Sequence record: SRR22947727_5200
DNA length: 20,000 nucleotides
Strand: one strand, 5' to 3'
The position numbers were made by a program, and so were the translations under genes. The notes beneath the pieces are model-generated. The model was not told where the DNA came from, searched no databases, and worked only from the letters and a program-made list of their open reading frames with translations. Every line of letters starts with the position of its first letter. Position 1 is the first letter of the stretch. Positions 1 through 7,529 of the stretch are shown here, one piece after another.

Positions 1-1
1 G

Positions 2-301
2 GGCGCGTTTGCCGGGGTCAAACGCCACCCGTATGGCGCGCTCTACAAGGCAGTGCTTCGCCCCAGACTGGGCCCACCTTCCTACTTAGAAGAGCCAGAG
101 CCTCCTACCTTCGCCCAGTTGGTGGGTTTCCTGGTCTCTGTCACCGGTGTGGTGCTGCACCTAGTGGGAGTCCCCTACGGTCTCGTGATCGCCGCGGGTG
201 TTGCCTTCATAGCAGCATTTCTCAATTCGGTGTTCGGGTTATGCCTCGGGTGCGAAATGTATGCACTCCTCGTTCGAGCGCGGATTATTCGCCCGTCCTA
301 G
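2..301 (+). CDS. DUF4395-family membrane protein (5'-truncated by window edge)
   Basis: The frame is open from position 2 (GAFAGVKRHPYGALYKAVLRPRLGPP...). It has two hydrophobic segments, the 'P-P-x-FAQ-x-VG' motif and the C-terminal 'AAFLNSVFGLCLGCEMY' CxxC motif typical of DUF4395. Confidence 0.8.
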   Translation, partial: GAFAGVKRHPYGALYKAVLRPRLGPPSYLEEPEPPTFAQLVGFLVSVTGVVLHLVGVPYGLVIAAGVAFIAAFLNSVFGLCLGCEMYALLVRARIIRPS

Positions 302-392
302 GTGTCTCGGTGAGAATGCCCTGAGAGGTGTCGCATTAACACTGAGATAGTGGTTCGATTAGGTCACACCCACCCTTTGGAAGGATTACCTC

Positions 393-818
393 ATGGCAGT
401 CACTAGCGAAGCACGAACTCAGTGGTCAGGTTCTCTCGTGGAGGGATCTGGCTCCACCGCTCTGGTGTCCTCCGGCGCAGCGACCTTCGACGTCACCTGG
501 GCTGCACGCAGCGAAGGACAAACTGGAATCACCAACCCTGAAGAGCTTCTGGGCGCAGCGCACTCAGCGTGTTACTCGATGGCGCTCTCCCACGCCCTCA
601 GCGGTGCGGGCACACCGCCGGAATCCCTTGACGTGACCGCGGCGGTGACGTTTGTTCCCGGCGAAGGCGTGACGGGGTCCCACCTTCTCGTCTCCGCAAG
701 CATTCCCGGCATGGACGAGCAGACCTTCCAAGGATTTGCGGAGGACGCCAAAGAGAATTGCCCCATTTCGAAGGCGCTCGCTGGAGTCCCGATCACCCTT
801 GAGGCGACACTGCAGTAA
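393..818 (+). CDS. osmC: OsmC-family peroxiredoxin
   Basis: Motifs W-x-G-x-L-x-x-G-x-G, 'TNPEELLGAAHSACYSMAL' and 'AKENCPISKAL' carry both catalytic Cys. A GGAAGGA Shine-Dalgarno lies upstream. Confidence 0.9.
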   Translation: MAVTSEARTQWSGSLVEGSGSTALVSSGAATFDVTWAARSEGQTGITNPEELLGAAHSACYSMALSHALSGAGTPPESLDVTAAVTFVPGEGVTGSHLLVSASIPGMDEQTFQGFAEDAKENCPISKALAGVPITLEATLQ

Positions 819-1768
819 TGCTGAAGGGCTACCGCGAAGAATCCGCTCGTTTGAGAGTTCTGATTTCGGGCTCGAGCGGCCTCATCGGAACACCGCTGAA
901 GAAGCTTCTCCAAGACCAAGGCCACGCTGTGCACACTCTCGTGCGACGTTCACCGCGCGACGCAAGCGAACACTTTTGGAACCCCGCCTCAGGGGAAATC
1001 GAGGCAGGAATCTTGGATCACACCGATGTTGTAATTAACCTGGCTGCTGCCTCGATTTCTCCATGGCTCTTTCTCGGAAGGACACCCTGGGCTGCCGGAC
1101 AAAAAAGAAACATACTGACCTCGCGCCTCGATGCCGCAAAAACTCTGGCCACAGCCATCACGCGGGCCACAACACCACCGAGCCTCCTGATTCAAGCCAG
1201 CGCGGTCGGTTTCTATGGGGATCGAGCCAGTGAGGAGCTCACCGAGCAAAGCTCACGCGGTGAAGGTTTTCTGGCAGACGTGCAAGTTCAAGCTGAGGCC
1301 GCGGCATCAGAAGCAGAGAGCGACGTCACCCGAATCTGTTACGCCCGAAGTGCAGCAGTCATGGGGAAGGGAGCGCTGTCTACCTCGCTGCTGAAACTTC
1401 AAACCGCGGTAGGCCTCGGAGGACCCATCGGAGATGGTTCTCAATGGTGGCCTTGGATATCTCTTCACGACGAAGTCCGAGCATTGGCCTATCTGGCCAA
1501 CCATGAAACTACTTTTGGTGTCTTCAACCTCGTGAGTCCGACACCTGCTACTGCGCTTGACCAAACCAAGGCGCTGGCCCGAGGGATGAGGAGACCACAT
1601 TGGCTGGGATTTCCGCGCTTCGCGATAGTGGCGCTTATGGGAGAGGCCGGAAAGGAAATTCTCTTGACCTCACAACGGGTGATACCCGAGAGACTGTTGA
1701 CCTCAGGCTTCAAGTTTGAGGATGAAACTCTGGAGGCAACGGTTTCGCGGCTGCTCCACAGTGACTAG
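818..1768 (+). CDS. TIGR01777-family NAD-dependent epimerase/oxidoreductase (YfcH/SDR39U1-like)
   Basis: Rossmann motif 'VLISGSSGLIG', plus 'VINLA', 'ASAVGFYG', 'GDGSQWWPWISLHD' and 'SQRVIP..L...GFKF'. The start overlaps the osmC stop (TAATG). An alternative TTG start exists at 851. Confidence 0.88.
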   Translation: MLKGYREESARLRVLISGSSGLIGTPLKKLLQDQGHAVHTLVRRSPRDASEHFWNPASGEIEAGILDHTDVVINLAAASISPWLFLGRTPWAAGQKRNILTSRLDAAKTLATAITRATTPPSLLIQASAVGFYGDRASEELTEQSSRGEGFLADVQVQAEAAASEAESDVTRICYARSAAVMGKGALSTSLLKLQTAVGLGGPIGDGSQWWPWISLHDEVRALAYLANHETTFGVFNLVSPTPATALDQTKALARGMRRPHWLGFPRFAIVALMGEAGKEILLTSQRVIPERLLTSGFKFEDETLEATVSRLLHSD

Positions 1769-2208
1769 GAACTCTTCTTCAGACCAATAGCTTTTCGCAC
1801 CGCCCACCGGGCACGCCGGCGATCACCGCAGGCGTCATAGGCAAGGCCGAGACGAAGCCACGACTGCCATGATTCTGGGTTCCCTTCAGCCTCCGCCTTG
1901 AAAGCGGGGAACGCGGCTTCGGCAGCTTCCCGATCGGGGCGGCCACTGGTCAAGGAGGGCAGCTCCTCCCCGGGGAGAAGCCCTGTGCGCTCAAGCTCGA
2001 TGGTGAGGGCGGCTGAGCGCCGAGCAAAGATCAACTCCGCTACCAGTCCCCACGCCCCCAAGAGAGGAAGAATCCCGAGTGCATAGCCCATGGCGTTAGC
2101 CAGTGCCGAATCATCGCGGATCAGAATCCAGGCATAGTTCGCGGTGAATGCTAAATAGACAACCAACAACAGCGCCATAAACAGCGCCGCGATCATGGGG
2201 CGATTCAT
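1765..2208 (-). CDS. Small membrane protein with C-terminal TPR-like repeat
   Basis: Two N-terminal TM helices and the C-terminal 'PESWQSWLRLGLAYDACGDRRRAR' TPR-like motif. It overlaps the dapB stop by 4 nt (ATGA), and this type of gene commonly follows dapB in actinobacteria. Confidence 0.75.
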   Translation of the reverse strand: MNRPMIAALFMALLLVVYLAFTANYAWILIRDDSALANAMGYALGILPLLGAWGLVAELIFARRSAALTIELERTGLLPGEELPSLTSGRPDREAAEAAFPAFKAEAEGNPESWQSWLRLGLAYDACGDRRRARWAVRKAIGLKKSS

Positions 2209-2942
2209 GAGTCAGCAGCAGCGAGAGCGTGCTCCAGGCCCACAGCAAGTCCCACGTGGTGTTCCATGAAGCGCAGTGCCTTGACGATTCCTGCCTGGTA
2301 GGCATCCCGGGAGTGGGTGTCGTGCGTGATGGTGAGTGTCTCCCCCACACCACCAAACTTCACATCTTGCTGCGCGAGGACCCCATTGAGTCGCAGGGAG
2401 TGCACGGGGATGCCCTGGACTTGCTCGCCCCTCGCGCTCTGGTTGGAGTGGGGAGCGATAACCCCACCTCTGTCTCGACGCACCGCCGCGATTTCTTCTG
2501 CTGTGCGCACCGCAGTCCCACTGGGAGAATCTGCTTTCCCGGCGTGGTGGGCCTCCACAATTTCAATGGACTCAAAGTGCTCCGCCACGGTCTTCGAAAT
2601 CATTATCTGGAGGGTTGCGCCAAGAGAAAAGTTCGGAACGATAAACACGCTCGCACCAGGGTGCTCTGCCACCGTCTTGGTGAGCGTGGTGAGTCGATCG
2701 GAGGACCACCCGCTGGTCCCCACGAGGACCTTTATTCCTTGGGCGATAGCGAAGTCCACGACCTGAGCGGAGACCCCCGGAAGGGTGACATCCACCGCAA
2801 TATCCGCGCCCAACATGTCGTGCAGGTCGGAGTGCGAATCGAGGCGAGCGACGAGTTCCATCTCGGGCATCGCCTCAACGACCTGGCACACCTGGGTTCC
2901 CAAGCGACCGGTGGCACCAACAACTGCGACACGGGTAGGCAT
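2205..2942 (-). CDS. dapB: 4-hydroxy-tetrahydrodipicolinate reductase
   Basis: Motifs 'VAVVGATGRLG', 'VGTSG', 'PNFSLG' and the catalytic 'EIVEAHHAGKADSPSGTA', followed by 'HSLRL' and 'LTITHD'. Confidence 0.96.
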   Translation of the reverse strand: MPTRVAVVGATGRLGTQVCQVVEAMPEMELVARLDSHSDLHDMLGADIAVDVTLPGVSAQVVDFAIAQGIKVLVGTSGWSSDRLTTLTKTVAEHPGASVFIVPNFSLGATLQIMISKTVAEHFESIEIVEAHHAGKADSPSGTAVRTAEEIAAVRRDRGGVIAPHSNQSARGEQVQGIPVHSLRLNGVLAQQDVKFGGVGETLTITHDTHSRDAYQAGIVKALRFMEHHVGLAVGLEHALAAADS

Positions 2943-2948
2943 GGGATA

Positions 2949-2954
2949 AGCCTA
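2949..2954 (-). promoter_or_regulatory. Putative -10 element (TAGGCT) of leaderless dapB transcript
   Basis: The minus strand reads TAGGCT-TATCCC-ATG: a TANNNT box exactly 6 nt before the start codon, with no Shine-Dalgarno. Confidence 0.6.
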
Positions 2955-2980
2955 CAAGTGCGCCGATGGGCGCTGGCTGG

Positions 2981-3256
2981 CTAGGACAAGCTCAGGAACA
3001 ACTTCTCCAGATCATCCACGCTCAGGTCACCGTCTTTGGTGGGCTTGCCGTCCTCCGCCACGCACTCTTTCATGGCGGTGGCAATGATGGCGAACCCGGC
3101 CTTATCCAGCGCGCTGGATACCGCGGAGAGTTGGGTGACGACGGAGCGACAATCTTTGCCCTGCTCGACCATCGAAATGACAGCACCGAGTTGCCCCTGT
3201 GCGCGACGTAGCCGGTTGATGACCGGTTTCATGTCTGTGGGTGTGTCCTCTGCCAT
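2981..3256 (-). CDS. CsoR/RcnR-family transcriptional repressor, CstR-like (two Cys, no Cu-ligating His)
   Basis: Sequence 'NRLRRAQGQLGAVISMVEQGKDCRSVVTQLSAVSSALD...AMKECV'. A strong AAAGGAG SD lies upstream, and the gene sits directly downstream of the CoADR-rhodanese gene. Confidence 0.9.
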   Translation of the reverse strand: MAEDTPTDMKPVINRLRRAQGQLGAVISMVEQGKDCRSVVTQLSAVSSALDKAGFAIIATAMKECVAEDGKPTKDGDLSVDDLEKLFLSLS

Positions 3257-3277
3257 GATTTCTCCTTTGGTAGCGCT

Positions 3278-4942
3278 CTAGGGTGTGCCGACAAGCTCTG
3301 GTTGGGTGGTTGCTGCCATTCCCATTTGCCAGGTGAGGTAGCCACCATCGAGGTTTGCAACCTCGATACCGTGCTGCATCAAGATGCTGGCAGCGGTGTG
3401 ACCTCGCTGCCCCACACGACACGACACGATGACTTTCTCTCCCCGGAAGGAACCAACGTTCTCCCGAAGCTCGTCCAAGGTGACCAGCTCTGAACCGGGG
3501 ATGGCTCCTCGGGTGTATTCACCATCGGTGCGCACATCCACCAGCCGCCACCCGTCTGCCATCAACGTCTCTACCTCATGCCACTGCACCGCATTCTCGC
3601 CGGTGGCGCGGTTCTCGTTGACATACCCGAGCATGTTGACGGGGTCCTTGGCTGACGCGAACTGTGGCGCGTAGGACAGCTCCAGATCAATCAAATCTGT
3701 TGCGGTCATTCCGCCAGCCATCGCGGTGGCAATCACGTCGATGCGCTTGTCAACGCCTTCTTCTCCCACAGCCTGAGCACCCAAAATGAGATCGGTCTCC
3801 GGATCGACGATGATTTTCATCGCCATTTGCACTGCATCGGGGTAGTACCCGGCGTGATTGATGGGGTGCGTGTGAATGATTCGCATCGCTCGGCCCTTCA
3901 TTCCCAAGACCCGCTCGGTGTAGCCGGTTGAGGCAGCGGCCATTCCAAAGAAGCCGACAATCGAGGTTCCGAAAGCGGTCACCGCGTGTGCTGGTCGACC
4001 AGCAATCGAGTCGGCAGCGAGACGACCGTGGCGGTTCGCCAACCCCGCCAAGGGCACAAGGCTGTAGCCATCGGGGCGCTTCTTTTGCGCCACATCGCCC
4101 ACGGCCCAAATATGGGGGTCAGAGGTTCTCTGCTGATCATCAACAACCACACCTCCCGCATCGCCCATTTCGAGACCCGCTGCTACGGCGAGCTCAATGT
4201 TGGGGCGAGCTCCCACGGCAACAACAGTCATGTCGGCCTCGATGGTGGTGCCATCTGCGAGCGTCACACCAGATTCTGTGATGGCCGACACCTGCGCGGA
4301 GAGTCGAACATCCAACCCTTGGAAGCGAGCACGCTCCACCAGGGGCCAGGCCATCTCCACGTCCAACGTGGGCATCAGCTGAGGCAGAGCCTCCACCAGA
4401 GTGGTGGTAATTCCTCGGTGGACGAGATTCTCGGCCAGCTCCAACCCAATGAATCCACCGCCCACGACGATGGCGCTGCTGGCTGTCTCTGCTGCAGCAA
4501 TGAGACGGTCCATGTCGTCCAAGTTCCACAAGACGTGGGCATCCTCAACCCCGGGGATGGGAGGCCTAAACGGAGTTGATCCTGGGCTCAACACCAGTGC
4601 GTCATACGCAATCTCCCGCGACTCGCCAGTTTCGAGATTGGTGACCGAAACGGTCTTCCGGTCCCGATTGATCGCGGTAGCTTCGGTGCGCAAGTGAACG
4701 TCAATGTTGAATCGCTTCTTCAGCTGCGCTGGCTGCTGGAGCACCAAAGAACCACGATGAGGGATGACACCGCCTACGTGATAGGGAAGGCCACAGTTCG
4801 CGAACGACACAGCGCCACCACGTTCGATGACGATGATTTCGGCGCTCTCATGAATTCGGCGGAGTCTGGTGGCTGCGGACATTCCACCGGCCACGCCTCC
4901 GATAATCACGACGGTCTGAGGGAGTGTTGATGCTGAAGTCAT
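3278..4942 (-). CDS. CoA-disulfide/persulfide reductase with C-terminal rhodanese domain (CoADR-RHD / Npsr / CoAPR type)
   Basis: FAD motif 'IIGGVAGGMSAA', redox Cys 'SFANCGLPY', NAD(P)H motif 'VVGGGFIGLE', 'HAGYYP' and 'LSYAPQF..AKDPVN'. The rhodanese domain has 'VDVRT..EY..GAIPGS', the active loop 'CRVGQRG' and 'NLDGGY'. Confidence 0.92.
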   Translation of the reverse strand: MTSASTLPQTVVIIGGVAGGMSAATRLRRIHESAEIIVIERGGAVSFANCGLPYHVGGVIPHRGSLVLQQPAQLKKRFNIDVHLRTEATAINRDRKTVSVTNLETGESREIAYDALVLSPGSTPFRPPIPGVEDAHVLWNLDDMDRLIAAAETASSAIVVGGGFIGLELAENLVHRGITTTLVEALPQLMPTLDVEMAWPLVERARFQGLDVRLSAQVSAITESGVTLADGTTIEADMTVVAVGARPNIELAVAAGLEMGDAGGVVVDDQQRTSDPHIWAVGDVAQKKRPDGYSLVPLAGLANRHGRLAADSIAGRPAHAVTAFGTSIVGFFGMAAASTGYTERVLGMKGRAMRIIHTHPINHAGYYPDAVQMAMKIIVDPETDLILGAQAVGEEGVDKRIDVIATAMAGGMTATDLIDLELSYAPQFASAKDPVNMLGYVNENRATGENAVQWHEVETLMADGWRLVDVRTDGEYTRGAIPGSELVTLDELRENVGSFRGEKVIVSCRVGQRGHTAASILMQHGIEVANLDGGYLTWQMGMAATTQPELVGTP

Positions 4943-4948
4943 GGGGAC

Positions 4949-4954
4949 AGTATA
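4949..4954 (-). promoter_or_regulatory. Putative -10 element (TATACT) of leaderless CoADR-RHD/csoR operon
   Basis: The minus strand reads TATACT-GTCCCC-ATG (6-nt spacer), directly abutting the operator palindrome. Confidence 0.7.
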
Positions 4955-4969
4955 TACCCCCTAGGGTAT
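4954..4969. promoter_or_regulatory. CsoR/CstR-family operator palindrome ATACCC-N4-GGGTAT
   Basis: The perfect inverted repeat ATACCC-CCTA-GGGTAT matches the ATACC-Nx-GGTAT G/C-tract operators of CsoR/CstR/RicR. It lies just upstream of the operon that encodes such a regulator. Confidence 0.85.
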
Positions 4970-5008
4970 TGGAGCTACTATCAGCGACCATCTGACACGG
5001 TAGTACCC

Positions 5009-5947
5009 GTGCCCTCTGGAAATCCCCTCACTCGCCTGCGTCTGAAGGCTCGAGGCCAGATTCTCACCATGCTCTCCGGTGATCCAAATGGTGAACCGGA
5101 CTGGGTGAAAGCCATCAGCGACGGCTCAGACCAGGGATACTTCGGTCCGGACTCCGCTGTGTGGCACGTCAATGGCGGTATCCCCGTCATTGTCGCTGGG
5201 GTTCGAGCGCTCTTGATGCAGACGCTGCACCCGGGCGCGATGGCCGGAGTCCACGACCATTCTCGGTATGCGAGCGACCCAATTGGGCGCCTCTCGGGGA
5301 CGGTGCGGTGGGTGGTGACGACTACGTTTGGATCCACTGACACTGTGGGGAACGAAACCTCTCGAGTGTCCAAGCTCCACACTCGCGTGAAAGGCGAGTA
5401 CCAACCGGGCAACCCACCGGAGACTTCGAAGGCCTACTCCGCCCACGATGAAGACCTGATTGCCTGGGTTCACGTGGTCTTCACTGATGCGTTCCTCCGC
5501 GCTCACCGCGAGTGGGGCGACACGATTCCCACCGACCGCGAGGACGAAAGTGGTGAAGACCGTTACGTCCGCGAGTGGGCGGAAGCAGGACGGCTCATGG
5601 GGATGACAAATCCTCCCACGTCAGTGGCAGAGCTCGAGCGTGCACTCGAGAATTTTCGCCCCGTCCTCCGAGCTGACGATCGCGTGAAGGAAGCGCTGAG
5701 ATTCTTGACGAAACCCCCGCTCCCCCGGCTCGCACGATTGCCCTATTCCATCCTCGTGGGGGGAGCCATCGTCACGATTGACCCTCAGTACCGAGAGATG
5801 TTGGGACTCAGAAAACCGTGGTGGCCAGCGTCTTTCCTGACCAAGCTCATGCTCGTCATCATCGGTCGCACCCTCGGAACAGAGTCCACCAGTAGACAAC
5901 GCGCCCGTGAGCGCATCTCACGTCTTGCGGGAACTAGCTCTTACTGA
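5009..5947 (+). CDS. MpaB/rubber-oxygenase-like (DUF2236) putative heme-binding protein
   Basis: Motifs 'GYFGPDSAVWHV', 'GVRALLMQTLHP...AGV.DHS', 'P..RL..T', 'LH.RV.G', 'Y.A.D.....WVH' and 'P.SVAEL' are characteristic of DUF2236. GTG start. Confidence 0.82.
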   Translation: MPSGNPLTRLRLKARGQILTMLSGDPNGEPDWVKAISDGSDQGYFGPDSAVWHVNGGIPVIVAGVRALLMQTLHPGAMAGVHDHSRYASDPIGRLSGTVRWVVTTTFGSTDTVGNETSRVSKLHTRVKGEYQPGNPPETSKAYSAHDEDLIAWVHVVFTDAFLRAHREWGDTIPTDREDESGEDRYVREWAEAGRLMGMTNPPTSVAELERALENFRPVLRADDRVKEALRFLTKPPLPRLARLPYSILVGGAIVTIDPQYREMLGLRKPWWPASFLTKLMLVIIGRTLGTESTSRQRARERISRLAGTSSY

Positions 5948-6933
5948 ACGCCGAGAATGTCGACAACAAACACGATGGTGTCTGTTGCACCAATGGAGCC
6001 ATCCGAGGTTCCCCCCGAGGGCCCATACCCGAGCTCCGGCGGGATGACAATAATCACCCGGGAGCCAACAGTCTGACCAATCAGACCATCACGGAATCCC
6101 GTAATGACTCCACCAGTCGGGAAGCTCGCAGGCTCGCCTCGTTCCCAACTCGAGTCGAAGACTTCTCCAGTGTTCCAGTTGACGCCGTGGTAGTGAACGA
6201 TGACGACGTCACCGCCACCCACCTCCACGCCATCGCCTTCAATGACGGTGGCCAGATCAAACTCACTCGGCACATCACCCTCGGGGATCGTCACTGTGGG
6301 GGCACCATCAGCGTCATAAGTCACGCTGGGGAATCCTGCTGGCGGGTCGACAGGCTCACCCTCGATGCGATCCAGAGGGGGTGCGGGGGGTGGCTTAATT
6401 TCCACCACATCAACAATGAAGATCAAGGATTCGCCGGCTCCTAGGCCAAACTCTGGTGCGCCGTCGGGGCCAAAGGCTTCTAGCGGCGGGATAAGGCCCG
6501 CCACTCGTGAACCCACGGTCGAGCAGGCTGCCGTCAGCGAGACGCCGACAAAATTCGGAGCATCGGTGTCGAGCGTCAACACTGTTGGTGACACCTCCGT
6601 GTACCCAGACTCTTCGATCAGGTCACCGGTTGAGGCGTTGTAGAGCGAGTAATCAATCGACAAAATGTCGCCATCTTGAACCTCGGGACCATCACCCTCG
6701 ATGATGACGGAGCGCTGAGTCACCACCGCAGATAGCGGAGCATCAAAGGTCACTGATGGAGTTGCACCGAACTCACCCGAAATGGCAATCGATTCAACCT
6801 CAGCGCCACTGGGAGTGCAGCCTTCGGCCACAGCAAGGGCTTGCTCCACACTCTCCTCGGGGGCATCTGCGGCGCATCCAGCGAGAACGAGGAGACCCGA
6901 AAGGCCCAGGGCAACAGAGAGAGATTGCTTCAC
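5941..6933 (-). CDS. Lipoprotein FKBP-type peptidyl-prolyl isomerase with two FKBP domains
   Basis: Likely start is GTG at 6933 (MKQSLSVALGLSGLLVLAGC, a lipobox) with GAAAGG upstream. The C-terminal domain has 'VHYHG..W..G.VFDSSW.RG.P..F', 'VI.G...GL', 'IPPELGYG' and 'TIVFVVDIL'. The N-terminal FKBP copy is more divergent. Confidence 0.9.
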   Translation of the reverse strand: MKQSLSVALGLSGLLVLAGCAADAPEESVEQALAVAEGCTPSGAEVESIAISGEFGATPSVTFDAPLSAVVTQRSVIIEGDGPEVQDGDILSIDYSLYNASTGDLIEESGYTEVSPTVLTLDTDAPNFVGVSLTAACSTVGSRVAGLIPPLEAFGPDGAPEFGLGAGESLIFIVDVVEIKPPPAPPLDRIEGEPVDPPAGFPSVTYDADGAPTVTIPEGDVPSEFDLATVIEGDGVEVGGGDVVIVHYHGVNWNTGEVFDSSWERGEPASFPTGGVITGFRDGLIGQTVGSRVIIVIPPELGYGPSGGTSDGSIGATDTIVFVVDILGVQ

Positions 6934-6993
6934 CAGAAGCCTTTCGATGGGGTCGCAAGAACCAGCCCATCCTGACAGGTCTCCCCTATGCAA

Positions 6994-7467
6994 TCAATCT
7001 GAGGTGGCCACCCGAGTCAAGGGCTCGTGGCGAACAGGGAAGTTGACCGAGTTGGCAATAAAGCACAGTTGACTCGCGCGATGGTGAAGGTCTGGCACCA
7101 CGGCGGGATCCCCCTCAGAAATCTCAATGTGGGGCCGGAGCGTCACCTCGGTCACGTGCCCAGAACCGTCCGGGCGGGTTTCCAGGATCCCCGACGCCTG
7201 GTCTTCGTAGTGTTCAACAATCACTCCAGCGGCTTGAGCGACGTGGAGAAAGCTCAGCATGTGGCATTGCGAGAGCGCCGCAATCAAGAGCTCTTCCGGG
7301 TTCCACCGGGTGACATCACCGTGGAACGCTTTGTCGGAAGATCCTTGAATCTCCTGCTTACCGTCCGCGCGAATTACGTGCGCTCGTGAGTACGCCTTGT
7401 AGTCACTGGTGCCGGATCCCAAGTTCCCCATCCACAGGGTTTCCAGCGCAAAGTGATGGCGATTCAT
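6994..7467 (-). CDS. OsmC/Ohr-family protein (second subtype)
   Basis: Motifs 'W.G..G.GT..Y..YSR.H', 'SSD..F.GD..RWNPEELLIAALSQCHMLSFL' and 'CFIANSVNFPV'. Confidence 0.88.
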   Translation of the reverse strand: MNRHHFALETLWMGNLGSGTSDYKAYSRAHVIRADGKQEIQGSSDKAFHGDVTRWNPEELLIAALSQCHMLSFLHVAQAAGVIVEHYEDQASGILETRPDGSGHVTEVTLRPHIEISEGDPAVVPDLHHRASQLCFIANSVNFPVRHEPLTRVATSD

Positions 7468-7473
7468 GCTTCC

Positions 7474-7479
7474 ACTCTA
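7474..7479 (-). promoter_or_regulatory. Putative -10 element (TAGAGT) of leaderless OsmC-like gene
   Basis: The minus strand reads TAGAGT-GGAAGC-ATG (6-nt spacer). Confidence 0.55.
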
Positions 7480-7515
7480 GGCGCCCGTCGACCAGGAATT
7501 ACAAGGTTCCAGGTC

Positions 7516-7521
7516 TACACT
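7516..7521 (+). promoter_or_regulatory. Putative -10 element (TACACT) of gabT
   Basis: TACACT lies 8 nt before ATG 7530, divergent from the OsmC-like gene promoter. Confidence 0.5.
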
Positions 7522-7529
7522 GAGGGGCT

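Noticed and set aside
320..349. Resemblance of CCTGAGAGGTGTC...ACTGAGATA to a 16S rRNA segment or TPP riboswitch CTGAGA motif
   Set aside because: Only short patches match. The flanking rRNA sequence and the TPP aptamer's other conserved elements (CCTGAT...ATGC...AGCGTAGG) are absent.
2229..2984. 251-aa ORF antisense to dapB (and similar shadows at 10259-11014, 16947-17690, 17781-18470, 18790-19356)
   Set aside because: Antisense shadow ORFs are expected from GC-biased codon usage, and these have unnatural His/Gly/Arg-rich composition.
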